Below, piece after piece: positions 17,609 to 26,337 of a DNA stretch of 64,000 nucleotides. The notes beneath the pieces were generated by a model, which saw nothing but the letters and a program-made list of their open reading frames with translations, was not told the origin of the DNA and made no database searches. Both the position numbers and the translations under genes were made by a program. Origin of the DNA: a virus. The stretch lies in the IMG/VR virus record IMGVR_UViG_3300045943_000001, positions 1 through 64,000 of that record; one strand, 5' to 3'. Every line of letters starts with the position of its first letter. Positions within the stretch are counted from its first letter, which is position 1.

Positions 17609-19522
17609 ATGCTCGACCAACGTAACTCTTCTGACAACAACAACTCTGGTTCAAACAACTCAGGTAATAAATCAAACATGTCAAACAACCCGTTACTCGC
17701 CCTGCTGGGCACGCAGAACCTGATCTCCTCTACTAACCAGATCGCTGAAGTCAATGAAGTGATGAAAAACCTGGAAGAGACGATCGAGTCCCTGAACAAA
17801 AACACCGCGACTGATACCCAGAAACTGACTCTGCCAAAAGAAGTGCGCACCATCACTTCTGATATCTCTCCAAACCTGCCAGGTCTGACTCTGCACACCG
17901 TCATCGGTGCAACAGTCTACGTTATGCCAGTACTGTTCTACAAAGTAGGCATCACTGAAGTGACCGAATCGATCCACCTGCAAAACGAAGCTGCGGCGCG
18001 CGCAATCGCTAAACCTGCTTCTGGCTTCATGGATGCAGAACTGATTGAGAAAGTGAAAACTCAGTTCAGCTACGTTGATGGCAAACAGGTGAGCAAAGTG
18101 ATCATCCTGGCTCCGATCGTTCGTAACCTGGAACCGTACATCAAAAATCAGTTCTCTCCTGATGACATGATCGTGCAGGTACGCAACAGCATCCTGAAAG
18201 AGTGGTCAACCTCTCTGTGGAACATCGCTTCTCTGGAAGCAGCCAAAGAAGGTATCGAATTCCCGAACCCGTTCAAAGACGGTAAACTGTTCGGTAAAGA
18301 TGATGCGGCTGTGGCACGTATCGAACCAGTTAACAAACTGATCATCGACGGCGTACCAACTCCGTATAACCTGGCGGCTAAGATCTCTACCACCAACAAA
18401 AACAACACCCAGACCTCAAGCAGCACCCAGAGCCGTTCTGTTGCAACTGCACACATGACTGTTACTCTGGAAGCAATGTCTCAGAGCCAGTTCATGCAGA
18501 AGCGTGCACAACAGCCTGGTAACGTTGTAGGTCCACTGGTTCCCGTTGTTTCTACTGGTCTGACTGTTCCTGGCGAAACCCTGAACAACAACAGCTCTCT
18601 GCTGACAGCACTGCTGGGTCTGTACGCATCAATCGGTGCGAACAACATCAACTATCTGTCTGAAGCGTTCCGTGGCAAAGAAGTGGGTCACCGTGGTAAC
18701 ATCGGTAACTTCAACCACTATCTGAACCAGATGCTGGGTGCGAACTTCGGTACTGCGCAATACATCACTGACAAAAACATCACCAATGCCCAAACTGTTA
18801 ACCAGTGGCTGAGCACCTACATCGCTCCGCAAGCTGTTTACGTTCTGGACCTGTCGACGTTTACTCACGATGTTGCGAACTCCGATTTCTGGTGGTCACT
18901 GGCTGCTAAGCCTTCTGGTTCTACCTATCATCGCACACTGGTAACTCTGCTGGATGCGTTGTCTAAAGGTGAATTCAGCAAGCTGGCTCAGGCTAACGCT
19001 GCGAAAGGTCAAGCACGTAACCTGCGTACCGAATGGGCTCCAGGTGACGCTATCCTGAAAACCACCAACATCATCCTGCCGGCAGGTATCGCGATGGCTA
19101 AAGATGGTAAGTGGTTTGACCTGGCTGAAGTTGACGGCATGTTCCTGCGTCAGGATCAGTACTACGGTCAGAACGAACCAGCGATCAATGAGTATCAAGC
19201 TCTGGTCAACGGTTCTATGGGTGGCGATAACATCCGCGTTCGTCAGTACAACATCTATAACCGTTTGATGCAGCTGTTTGGCGCAAACGTAATTCTGGAT
19301 GGTTGGAACCGTCGCTTCATCTGGGAAAACAGCTTCTTCGCAACCTTCGCACAAGCAATGGCTGCGGCTGGTACTCTGTCTCTGTCTGGTTCTAATACTG
19401 CGACCATGTGGAGCATGAACACCGGTAACGATTACCTGAACTATGCTATTACTGCTCAGCTGACTCAGTCTGTACAGGCTGCTGGCTTCGGTGGCTTTAA
19501 CGGCACGTTCTCTCAGTACTAA
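17609..19522 (+). CDS. chmA: phage nuclear shell protein (chimallin) candidate
   Basis: 637 aa, in the size range of known chimallins. Disordered Asn/Ser-rich N terminus. Extreme host-optimal codon bias. Long AT-rich upstream region with multiple promoter-like boxes. Directly followed by the beta-prime N-terminal RNAP gene, as I recall for phiKZ gp54/gp55. Confidence 0.7.
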   Translation: MLDQRNSSDNNNSGSNNSGNKSNMSNNPLLALLGTQNLISSTNQIAEVNEVMKNLEETIESLNKNTATDTQKLTLPKEVRTITSDISPNLPGLTLHTVIGATVYVMPVLFYKVGITEVTESIHLQNEAAARAIAKPASGFMDAELIEKVKTQFSYVDGKQVSKVIILAPIVRNLEPYIKNQFSPDDMIVQVRNSILKEWSTSLWNIASLEAAKEGIEFPNPFKDGKLFGKDDAAVARIEPVNKLIIDGVPTPYNLAAKISTTNKNNTQTSSSTQSRSVATAHMTVTLEAMSQSQFMQKRAQQPGNVVGPLVPVVSTGLTVPGETLNNNSSLLTALLGLYASIGANNINYLSEAFRGKEVGHRGNIGNFNHYLNQMLGANFGTAQYITDKNITNAQTVNQWLSTYIAPQAVYVLDLSTFTHDVANSDFWWSLAAKPSGSTYHRTLVTLLDALSKGEFSKLAQANAAKGQARNLRTEWAPGDAILKTTNIILPAGIAMAKDGKWFDLAEVDGMFLRQDQYYGQNEPAINEYQALVNGSMGGDNIRVRQYNIYNRLMQLFGANVILDGWNRRFIWENSFFATFAQAMAAAGTLSLSGSNTATMWSMNTGNDYLNYAITAQLTQSVQAAGFGGFNGTFSQY

Positions 19523-19555
19523 TTGGTACTACCAGTTCGGTAATTAAATGAAATG

Positions 19556-19590
19556 CAAGGATAGCGGGCTTGTTCCGCTATCCTTGTTTT
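19556..19590 (+). terminator. intrinsic terminator after the chimallin candidate
   Basis: Stem caaggatagcgg / ccgctatccttg, 7-nt loop, then TTTT. Confidence 0.8.
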
Positions 19591-19609
19591 ACTTAGGGGT
19601 TTATTTTTT

Positions 19610-21202
19610 ATGTCAAACACGATGGCGGACATTCTAAATAAGTATGCTGATGAACACATGGTTCCAAGCGTATTATTTAAAAGTATTATTGAGGCAAGTG
19701 GTGTTACACCGCGGGAAGATGATCCTCAGTTCTACACTCCCCTGTATCCAGATTTTGAAGACTTTGATATCAAACATGATTTATCGATTACTCCACCGAT
19801 TTATCTGAATGACTTTGACTTCAATATCGAAGAACATCGCGAAGCTATTACTGAGTTACTTCGTACTGAGTACGAAGGTAATAACTTTGATACCGTCGCA
19901 AGCTGTAACTGTAAAAAGTATCGCAGCAATATTTATATTGGTTCTGGCTTTACGTGTGATAACTGTGGTAGCGAAGTTGTTAAACCATTGGGTCAGCGTA
20001 TTGAAACCAAAGTGTGGTTGAGAACACCGGCGTATGTGTCAGGTTTCATTAACCCTGCAATGTGGGCGATCTTCTTCAGTAAGTTGAATACCAAATCACC
20101 AAAGGTTAATTTGGTTGAATATTGGATCAACCCTACTGTGCGAGAAGAGAAACGTTTTCGTGATCCTAACAACAATGCATTTAAGATCGCGGCTAAGATT
20201 GAAAGCTTCCGTGCAACTCTGGGTATTCAGTTTGGCTATAATAGCTTTATTGATAACCTGGATCTGATTGTGATGTCTGCCATTGAGCAGGATATTAGCA
20301 AAGTACTCGATTTGACGGAGAAGGATCGTGAAGACTTTGCGGCGTTCTGGAGAGAGTTCAAGACAAAGGCCGTCTTTAGCTATCTACCACTACCAAACAA
20401 AATTACCACTGTAGTAGAATCAGATCAACGTGACCGCTATGTGAATAAAGAGCAAACCGATCTGGATAAGATCTATTTCACATTGGCTGACACGTATACC
20501 ATCGACGATGTACGTGCGTCAGAAAACGAAGACCTCATGGGTAAAAACATGAAGCCTTTGGTTGATGCATTGATGGAAGTACAGAAGAACATTTTGTTCG
20601 GTAAGAAGGGCATGATTCGATATCATGCAGGCGCGGGTAAACTCCCAATGACCGGTCGTTCTATTATCACCGGTGAATCTGGCGTGTGTCGTTCTGACAC
20701 CATTGTGTTACCGTGGTTGTATGGTTTGACGTGTCTGGACAAACATCTGACTAACTGGTTATATCGTAAAGGATATACTCCACTGAAGGTTAAGGACATC
20801 ATCAAAACAGCGAATAACTATCGTCATCCGCTGATCGAAGAGTTCTATACCTGGATTGAAACCAACCGCTTTGCTATGGCAACCGCTGGCCGAAATCCGT
20901 CTATCCAGTATTTATCAGCTCGTGCATTCTTCGTTGAGTTCTCTCGAGATCTCGATGACAAATCTATCCGTATTCCTATCACCACTGTTAAAGAATATGG
21001 TGCGGACTTTGACGGCGATGCAATGTATGTGATCTTCATTCCGGACATGATGTCTAAGATTGAAGCATATAGTAGCTGGGGACACCATCAGATGTTAGAC
21101 CCAAACAAACTTTTCATGGTAAGTCGTTTCGGTACGCACACCAAGACCAACCTGTTGAACATTAACTCGTTGTTATTGAGCGAACCAATCGAAGAGGAAT
21201 AA
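19610..21202 (+). CDS. multisubunit RNAP beta-prime, N-terminal fragment (likely the non-virion RNAP)
   Basis: CxC-x14-CxxC Zn ribbon at 19904-19966. EYGADFDGDAMYV contains the catalytic (N)ADFDGD motif at 21005-21019. Confidence 0.85.
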   Translation: MSNTMADILNKYADEHMVPSVLFKSIIEASGVTPREDDPQFYTPLYPDFEDFDIKHDLSITPPIYLNDFDFNIEEHREAITELLRTEYEGNNFDTVASCNCKKYRSNIYIGSGFTCDNCGSEVVKPLGQRIETKVWLRTPAYVSGFINPAMWAIFFSKLNTKSPKVNLVEYWINPTVREEKRFRDPNNNAFKIAAKIESFRATLGIQFGYNSFIDNLDLIVMSAIEQDISKVLDLTEKDREDFAAFWREFKTKAVFSYLPLPNKITTVVESDQRDRYVNKEQTDLDKIYFTLADTYTIDDVRASENEDLMGKNMKPLVDALMEVQKNILFGKKGMIRYHAGAGKLPMTGRSIITGESGVCRSDTIVLPWLYGLTCLDKHLTNWLYRKGYTPLKVKDIIKTANNYRHPLIEEFYTWIETNRFAMATAGRNPSIQYLSARAFFVEFSRDLDDKSIRIPITTVKEYGADFDGDAMYVIFIPDMMSKIEAYSSWGHHQMLDPNKLFMVSRFGTHTKTNLLNINSLLLSEPIEEE

Positions 21203-21204
21203 TT

Positions 21205-21867
21205 TTGAACGTAACCGCTGCCTTTATGAGAGCAACCAGTGGATCGATGACTGATGACAGCGCCGCCGTATTTGATAACTATATGGCCTCGATGTATCAG
21301 AAATATGACAATCTCACTGGTTGGCTTGGAGATACTCTCAATACCGTAAAAGACGCCCACAAGAGTTTTATGAATAGCCGTATGTGGGAATTCAGTAATC
21401 GTGTAAACGGAAAGGACGGTCAGTATGTAGGACGGTTTGAAATTGGCTATCTCTCTGAAGTCGAGTATCAGCAACAAGCTACTGGCTTTATGCGAGATTA
21501 TATCATGGCCAACCCACTGATGATGGAACTCTATCAACAAGACCGTGTATCAGGTTATGATGGTGATTTTCATGCAGCGTGTAATGGAATAGGGCGTGAG
21601 AACTATTTCTATAATCGTTCTATCGATGGCAAGGTGATTTACGATAAAGAAGAGAAATCTCTGAATCGTACCATGTTTACCAGTTCTCGAGATGACTTGA
21701 CTCACCTCACTTTCTCTGAACGTGTAGACATCCATCGTACCTGGCAAGCAACCAATCTTCATCTGGCTAAGAATCTGTTTGACCCAACTTCGGTAACAAA
21801 CGAAAAGATTCTATCATTGGAAGAAGTGGAACAGCGCCGTAAAGATCAGGAAGAGTCAGAAGAATAA
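21205..21867 (+). CDS. hypothetical protein (220 aa)
   Basis: TTG start 7 nt after gaggaa (alternative ATG at 21226). Terminator at 21875. Confidence 0.7.
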   Translation: MNVTAAFMRATSGSMTDDSAAVFDNYMASMYQKYDNLTGWLGDTLNTVKDAHKSFMNSRMWEFSNRVNGKDGQYVGRFEIGYLSEVEYQQQATGFMRDYIMANPLMMELYQQDRVSGYDGDFHAACNGIGRENYFYNRSIDGKVIYDKEEKSLNRTMFTSSRDDLTHLTFSERVDIHRTWQATNLHLAKNLFDPTSVTNEKILSLEEVEQRRKDQEESEE

Positions 21868-21874
21868 TCGAAGT

Positions 21875-21923
21875 GTAACCAGGGGATTCCCCTGGTTACC
21901 TTTTCTTCTTTATTTTTTTTTTG
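21875..21923 (+). terminator. intrinsic terminator with long T run
   Basis: Stem gtaaccagggg / cccctggttac, loop att, then cttttcttctttaTTTTTTTTTT. Confidence 0.8.
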
Positions 21924-21932
21924 GAGAAAATA

Positions 21933-22121
21933 ATGAAAAGTGTTATTAAAGGTCGCTCGCAAATTGCCGGGACAATTTCTATTAATAGAAAACGCATGGA
22001 CACCGCATTGGCTCAAGAACATATCCAAGTTCCATCTGGATTGACGCACGAAGAAAAACGAGAGTACATCCTCAAACACTCAGGAAAAAATAATGCCGAC
22101 GATACATCAGGACGAAAATAG
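21933..22121 (+). CDS. small hypothetical protein (62 aa)
   Basis: ATG preceded by ggagaaaataATG, just after the terminator and T-run. Confidence 0.5.
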   Translation: MKSVIKGRSQIAGTISINRKRMDTALAQEHIQVPSGLTHEEKREYILKHSGKNNADDTSGRK

Positions 22122-22815
22122 TCGTATCAGAACGGTGTCAATGGACCCTAATCAATACAAGGTCTATGACAAAGATGATAAGCGTATCGCCAAGGTTGAT
22201 TTTAATACCAATGGTTTGACTGAGGAACATCTTCTCTTAATTCTTAAAGATCGCTTTAAGAATGGAAAAGATCCGATAGGAAGTCACATAAGAGATTGTT
22301 TGGATGCTGCTCTCTTTGCTGTGAGTGCAGGAAAAATTAAAAGGGCTTCAAAACTTATGTCAAACCACGGTTATGCTGAATTGCATGTCGATTTAGCCAG
22401 CGGTACAAAACTGTATAAAGACATCGTGCCAGCATGCGAAGGGATCGAAGTTATTCCGGTTAATAAACTGCATGCGACCATCATGTACGATGAAAGAAAT
22501 CCTGACATTGTTCCTTCACTGTCTAACAAGGTCTACAAGGGCCAGATTGTGGATGTACAGATGTTGGGTAAGGTTGGTTCCAAATGGCGGTCTTGTGCCC
22601 TCATATTGGAATCAGCAGCTGTGACTGAGCGACACAAAGAACTGGTCAAGGAAGGATTTAAACATTCTTACGATGACCTCTTGCTCCACGTTTCCCTGGT
22701 ATACGGTACTGATTCAGAGATTGCTTTCCCCATCATTAAGCAACTCTTTGATGAAAAGAAACTACCAGAGTCCATTACCTTATGCGCAGAGACTTGGGAC
22801 AGTATTAAAGACTGA
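22093..22815 (+). CDS. two-domain protein with C-terminal 2H-phosphoesterase-like signature
   Basis: Two hydrophobic-flanked H-x-T/S motifs 72 residues apart: LHATIMY (22471-) and LHVSLVY (22687-). This is the hallmark of LigT / 2',5'- or cyclic-nucleotide phosphodiesterases. Confidence 0.6.
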   Translation: MPTIHQDENSRIRTVSMDPNQYKVYDKDDKRIAKVDFNTNGLTEEHLLLILKDRFKNGKDPIGSHIRDCLDAALFAVSAGKIKRASKLMSNHGYAELHVDLASGTKLYKDIVPACEGIEVIPVNKLHATIMYDERNPDIVPSLSNKVYKGQIVDVQMLGKVGSKWRSCALILESAAVTERHKELVKEGFKHSYDDLLLHVSLVYGTDSEIAFPIIKQLFDEKKLPESITLCAETWDSIKD

Positions 22816-22845
22816 CCTAAATCAATCTGCATTCGGTTTCAGACC

Positions 22846-22853
22846 TATATTAC
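22846..22853 (+). promoter_or_regulatory. candidate promoter box
   Basis: TATATTAC in the intergenic region, 54 nt before the small membrane ORF. Confidence 0.3.
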
Positions 22854-22906
22854 CTAAGTGATAAACCTAAACAGTTTAAACTTATTTAATATAGAGAGAG
22901 GCGATT

Positions 22907-23071
22907 ATGTTTAATTTCTTTAGTCCAGAAACTCAAGATGGTGTTGCTCTTGTCGCTGCTTTCATGGGTGGAGTTGCAGTAATGGTATTTGGTTATGCCG
23001 GGATTCGCGCAATCATGGGTGCCATTAAAGTACTGATTACTCCATCTCATCAGATGGCCAAGCGCAACTAA
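22907..23071 (+). CDS. small single-pass membrane protein (54 aa), absent from the ORF track
   Basis: MFNFFSPETQDGVALVAAFMGGVAVMVFGYAGIRAIMGAIKVLITPSHQMAKRN. gagagagg RBS. Promoter-like TATATTAC at 22846. Strong terminator at 23078-23112. Confidence 0.5.
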   Translation: MFNFFSPETQDGVALVAAFMGGVAVMVFGYAGIRAIMGAIKVLITPSHQMAKRN

Positions 23072-23077
23072 GATAAA

Positions 23078-23112
23078 CAGGATCTCCCTTAATTGGGAGA
23101 TCCTGGATCTTT
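23078..23112 (+). terminator. intrinsic terminator after the small membrane ORF
   Basis: Stem caggatctccc / gggagatcctg, loop ttaatt, then gatcttt. A T10 run follows at 23122-23131. Confidence 0.7.
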
Positions 23113-23172
23113 ATGCATTTATTTTTTTTTTGTTTTTATCTTTTGATTGTCCCGTATATTTGGAGAAAAGAA

Positions 23173-23592
23173 ATGCCTAAAGGTGTTGTGGGAACAATGG
23201 ACACTGTAGGTTGGGTTCAAGAACCTACAGTTAAAATTGATCGAGCGATTGCTTATTGGTTTGCTAACCGTATTGACCAGTGCATCATTCTTCGTGATGT
23301 CCACTCTTATCAATATGTGGTAGCGAATCATCAAGATGATAAAAAAGGTGAAGGATTATTTCTTGACGATATAAAACAAAACCTCAACGAGTATATGTTG
23401 CAAATTTTTGACTCCGTCTCAATAGACGCTTATGCTAAACGAGCTAACCCGGAAGACAAAATGTTTACTCTGGTGCTTTCTGGTGTGGTGACGCAAGATG
23501 GTAAAACTTACGATCTGGCCCAAGCTGTCTATGTGGAAGGCGGTTCTTATAAACTCATTGATAACGCAAGAGAACTGAACAATGGCAACTGA
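23173..23592 (+). CDS. hypothetical protein (139 aa)
   Basis: ATG (MPKGVVG...) preceded by tggagaaaag. The longer track start lies in the poly-T / terminator region. Confidence 0.7.
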   Translation: MPKGVVGTMDTVGWVQEPTVKIDRAIAYWFANRIDQCIILRDVHSYQYVVANHQDDKKGEGLFLDDIKQNLNEYMLQIFDSVSIDAYAKRANPEDKMFTLVLSGVVTQDGKTYDLAQAVYVEGGSYKLIDNARELNNGN

Positions 23593-24373
23593 AAAACAAT
23601 TTGATCAAATCGATCAGGTTAAACACGGAAAACTAATGGACTTCCTAACCGAGATCCGCTCTATTGATATCGCCGGTAAACGAATTATTCAGTTACCGGA
23701 TGGGGAGTTCGCCGAACACGTATTAATGGAAGAAGACTACTTTGTTGAAAACTGGTTGACAGGGTTCGCCATTGGTTTTGTGAATGGCAAGAACTATTTC
23801 AACCAAGACGGTTGGTATCAGATTACCGACGGATATACCAAAGGTGTTATTGTCTTAAACGCCAACAAAGAGCCTGTGGTGGTGATTCGCAAGTTCATTG
23901 ATATGGACATGAGTATAAATAACCAGAGTTATCTGGAGTATTACGTGCGTACCATGGGCGCCAACGCTAAGTTCAATCCGAACAAAGCAGAGGTTGATGC
24001 CACTCTAAATGAACTGACCAATATCGTCCAGAAGCTGACTGAACAGAATCCTGAATACGATACCTTGACCATGATGGTACCCTGGGAGTACTATCTGAGC
24101 AAAGGGGTTAACCCAACAGTTCTGAAACAAGTTATCTATATTCGCGATAGCTTCTCCTATAAAGGTGTTCCGCTGTCAGAAGACGAAGAACTCCTGAAAC
24201 AGGTCGAAGACATTCTGAAAAGGAATGCTGAGAAGAAGCCGGTTACCGTTGCTGAAAAGAATCTCATCGGTGAAATCACTGGAAACACATTTATTTTCCA
24301 CGACGGTAGTAATGTAGTAGAAACCAAAACTTCTTCCGATTCCGAAAAAGAATTCGACCCGTTATCCGACTAA
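23582..24373 (+). CDS. hypothetical protein (263 aa)
   Basis: ATG overlaps the upstream gene end by 11 nt. Confidence 0.75.
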   Translation: MATEKQFDQIDQVKHGKLMDFLTEIRSIDIAGKRIIQLPDGEFAEHVLMEEDYFVENWLTGFAIGFVNGKNYFNQDGWYQITDGYTKGVIVLNANKEPVVVIRKFIDMDMSINNQSYLEYYVRTMGANAKFNPNKAEVDATLNELTNIVQKLTEQNPEYDTLTMMVPWEYYLSKGVNPTVLKQVIYIRDSFSYKGVPLSEDEELLKQVEDILKRNAEKKPVTVAEKNLIGEITGNTFIFHDGSNVVETKTSSDSEKEFDPLSD

Positions 24374-24397
24374 TGTATATCGGGTGTAAGGACTAAT

Positions 24398-25534
24398 ATG
24401 AAAAAGCTGTTTAAAGCGGTGTTAACCACAGATCACCACACCATACACCCGAATACCCCAACTCGGCACATTTTGAATAACCTGGACACGTTCTATTATA
24501 AAGAAACAAATCTGGCTGAAATTGACTTCAATGTGCTGAACGGTGATTTCTTCCACGACTTGGCTCCAGCCAATGATCCTAACATGATGCTCTGTCATCG
24601 TTGGATTAAGAAACATCTGCAAATCTGTCATGATAATAAAGTTCATGTCAGAGTCCTGGAAGGGACCTCCTCCCATGATTGGGGGCAACCAGAGTGCTTT
24701 GATATCTTAAAGCCAAAGGACAGCCCTTATATCAAGTATATTAATACCTTGAGTATTGAGTACATTCCAGAATTAAAGATCCATTGCATGTATGTGCCTG
24801 ATAACTTCGGACATACGTCAACGGACATTATTTATGACAATGCCTTGAAGTTACTTGGTGAGTGGAAATTAAGTCAGGTTGATTTTATCTTTCTACACGG
24901 TGGGTTTGATTACCAGCTCCCTCCAATTGCCAACAAGAAAGGGGCGTTGTACGATTCTGTTAAATGGAGTGCGCTGGCAAAACACGCAATCTTCAGCGGA
25001 CATATCCATAAGCCTTCTACGCGATACAACATCTATTGTGCAGGTTCTTTTGACCGTACAGCATTTGGTGAAATGCACCCAAAAGGCGCATATCGTTTTG
25101 AGTTTAACGAAACGGAATTCAAAGCAGAGTTCTGGGAGAATAAGAACGCGCTGATCTATGATAAGATCCTTATCAATAAAGATATGGATATGAAACAGGT
25201 CGCCAAGGAACTGAACAACTATTTATCTAAAGTCCCACCAAAGAACACCCACATTCGTTTAGTGGGTGGATTGTCTTCGGTGACCACGCCCTTGATTAAT
25301 GATTTTAAAGAACAATACCCGCAGTACTCGTTTGATCTTGAAAATATTAAAGAGGACAACATCGAGATTGATGATACATTGTACATTCCTGAAATGTATA
25401 ACGGTGTAGCATTGACCCATGGAAACCTTAAGGATAGTTTGTTTAACTTTATGGAATCCACTCTACAACAGAATGATGATATTGATCGTTCTCTGTTAGA
25501 GGAATTACTCGACGAGGTCATGAATGGCAGTTGA
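24398..25534 (+). CDS. Mre11/SbcD-like calcineurin-fold phosphoesterase (nuclease)
   Basis: Ordered metallophosphatase motifs: TTDHH (DxH), NGDFFHD (GDxxD/H), LEGTSSHD (GNHD-like), FLHGG, SGHIHKPS (GHxH). Confidence 0.75.
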   Translation: MKKLFKAVLTTDHHTIHPNTPTRHILNNLDTFYYKETNLAEIDFNVLNGDFFHDLAPANDPNMMLCHRWIKKHLQICHDNKVHVRVLEGTSSHDWGQPECFDILKPKDSPYIKYINTLSIEYIPELKIHCMYVPDNFGHTSTDIIYDNALKLLGEWKLSQVDFIFLHGGFDYQLPPIANKKGALYDSVKWSALAKHAIFSGHIHKPSTRYNIYCAGSFDRTAFGEMHPKGAYRFEFNETEFKAEFWENKNALIYDKILINKDMDMKQVAKELNNYLSKVPPKNTHIRLVGGLSSVTTPLINDFKEQYPQYSFDLENIKEDNIEIDDTLYIPEMYNGVALTHGNLKDSLFNFMESTLQQNDDIDRSLLEELLDEVMNGS

Positions 25535-26321
25535 AAGGACAAAAGGTACGGTACCCATAAGTGTGGGTACTGCTTTGGCGTTGGAGGCACTAACCAGTGT
25601 TCCGATGTACCGTTTTAATTCCTTTCTCATCAACTTAAGAACGATTGTACGTAACGCTAGACAAGCTTATGACCAATACGTCCCATCCTCTTCTGAGCTT
25701 TACCAAGCGTGCAAAGAAGACATCATTGGGTTGGCCGAATTCATTGCGGGAATGAAACTGAAGACGGATCTAGACATCAAGTTCTATTATCCTACGTATC
25801 GGCGATTACCCACTCTGTTCCCCTTGGCCAAGATTAAGAATGTAGAGAAAGACGGAACCGATAAGCAGAAAGAGATCGCCCAACTTGATAATGGAGTGAT
25901 CGATAAACTGCTACCTGAGTTCGGTAAGAACATCAACAAAGTTGATAGTGTAATTCCTGAATTTGCAGGACAAGCATTGATTCTCACCAGTCATCCCGTT
26001 GATTTGGTCACGACGAATTCTTATGCGCGTCTTAACTTGCTTGAGTCCCACACTGGAGCAATAAAGAATTACACACAGTTCTATACTAAGCTCACGGGTT
26101 CAGATAAATTTACCAATATCCCCATGAATAAATTAACTATTCAAATATTTGGGGATAACTCGATTAACTTCTATTCTCAGTCAATCGCTGTAAAGAATGA
26201 AGTCAAGCAACTTGCGGATGTAGCACATTGGAGCACGGCTTCTACTCCGCAAATGGTTGCACGTTCTATCCGGTCTCTGAACAACAGTCCAGAGAAAGAA
26301 ATCCTATTGAAAATGATTTAA
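25524..26321 (+). CDS. hypothetical protein (265 aa)
   Basis: Overlaps the nuclease gene end by 11 nt. No Walker motif, so it is not an obvious Rad50/SbcC. Confidence 0.7.
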   Translation: MAVERTKGTVPISVGTALALEALTSVPMYRFNSFLINLRTIVRNARQAYDQYVPSSSELYQACKEDIIGLAEFIAGMKLKTDLDIKFYYPTYRRLPTLFPLAKIKNVEKDGTDKQKEIAQLDNGVIDKLLPEFGKNINKVDSVIPEFAGQALILTSHPVDLVTTNSYARLNLLESHTGAIKNYTQFYTKLTGSDKFTNIPMNKLTIQIFGDNSINFYSQSIAVKNEVKQLADVAHWSTASTPQMVARSIRSLNNSPEKEILLKMI

Positions 26322-26337
26322 TAAAAGGAATACCGTT

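Noticed and set aside
17572-17983. Minus-strand ORFs overlapping the 5' end of the chimallin candidate
   Set aside because: They are antisense to the most codon-biased gene in the window. They have no start signals, so they are shadow frames.
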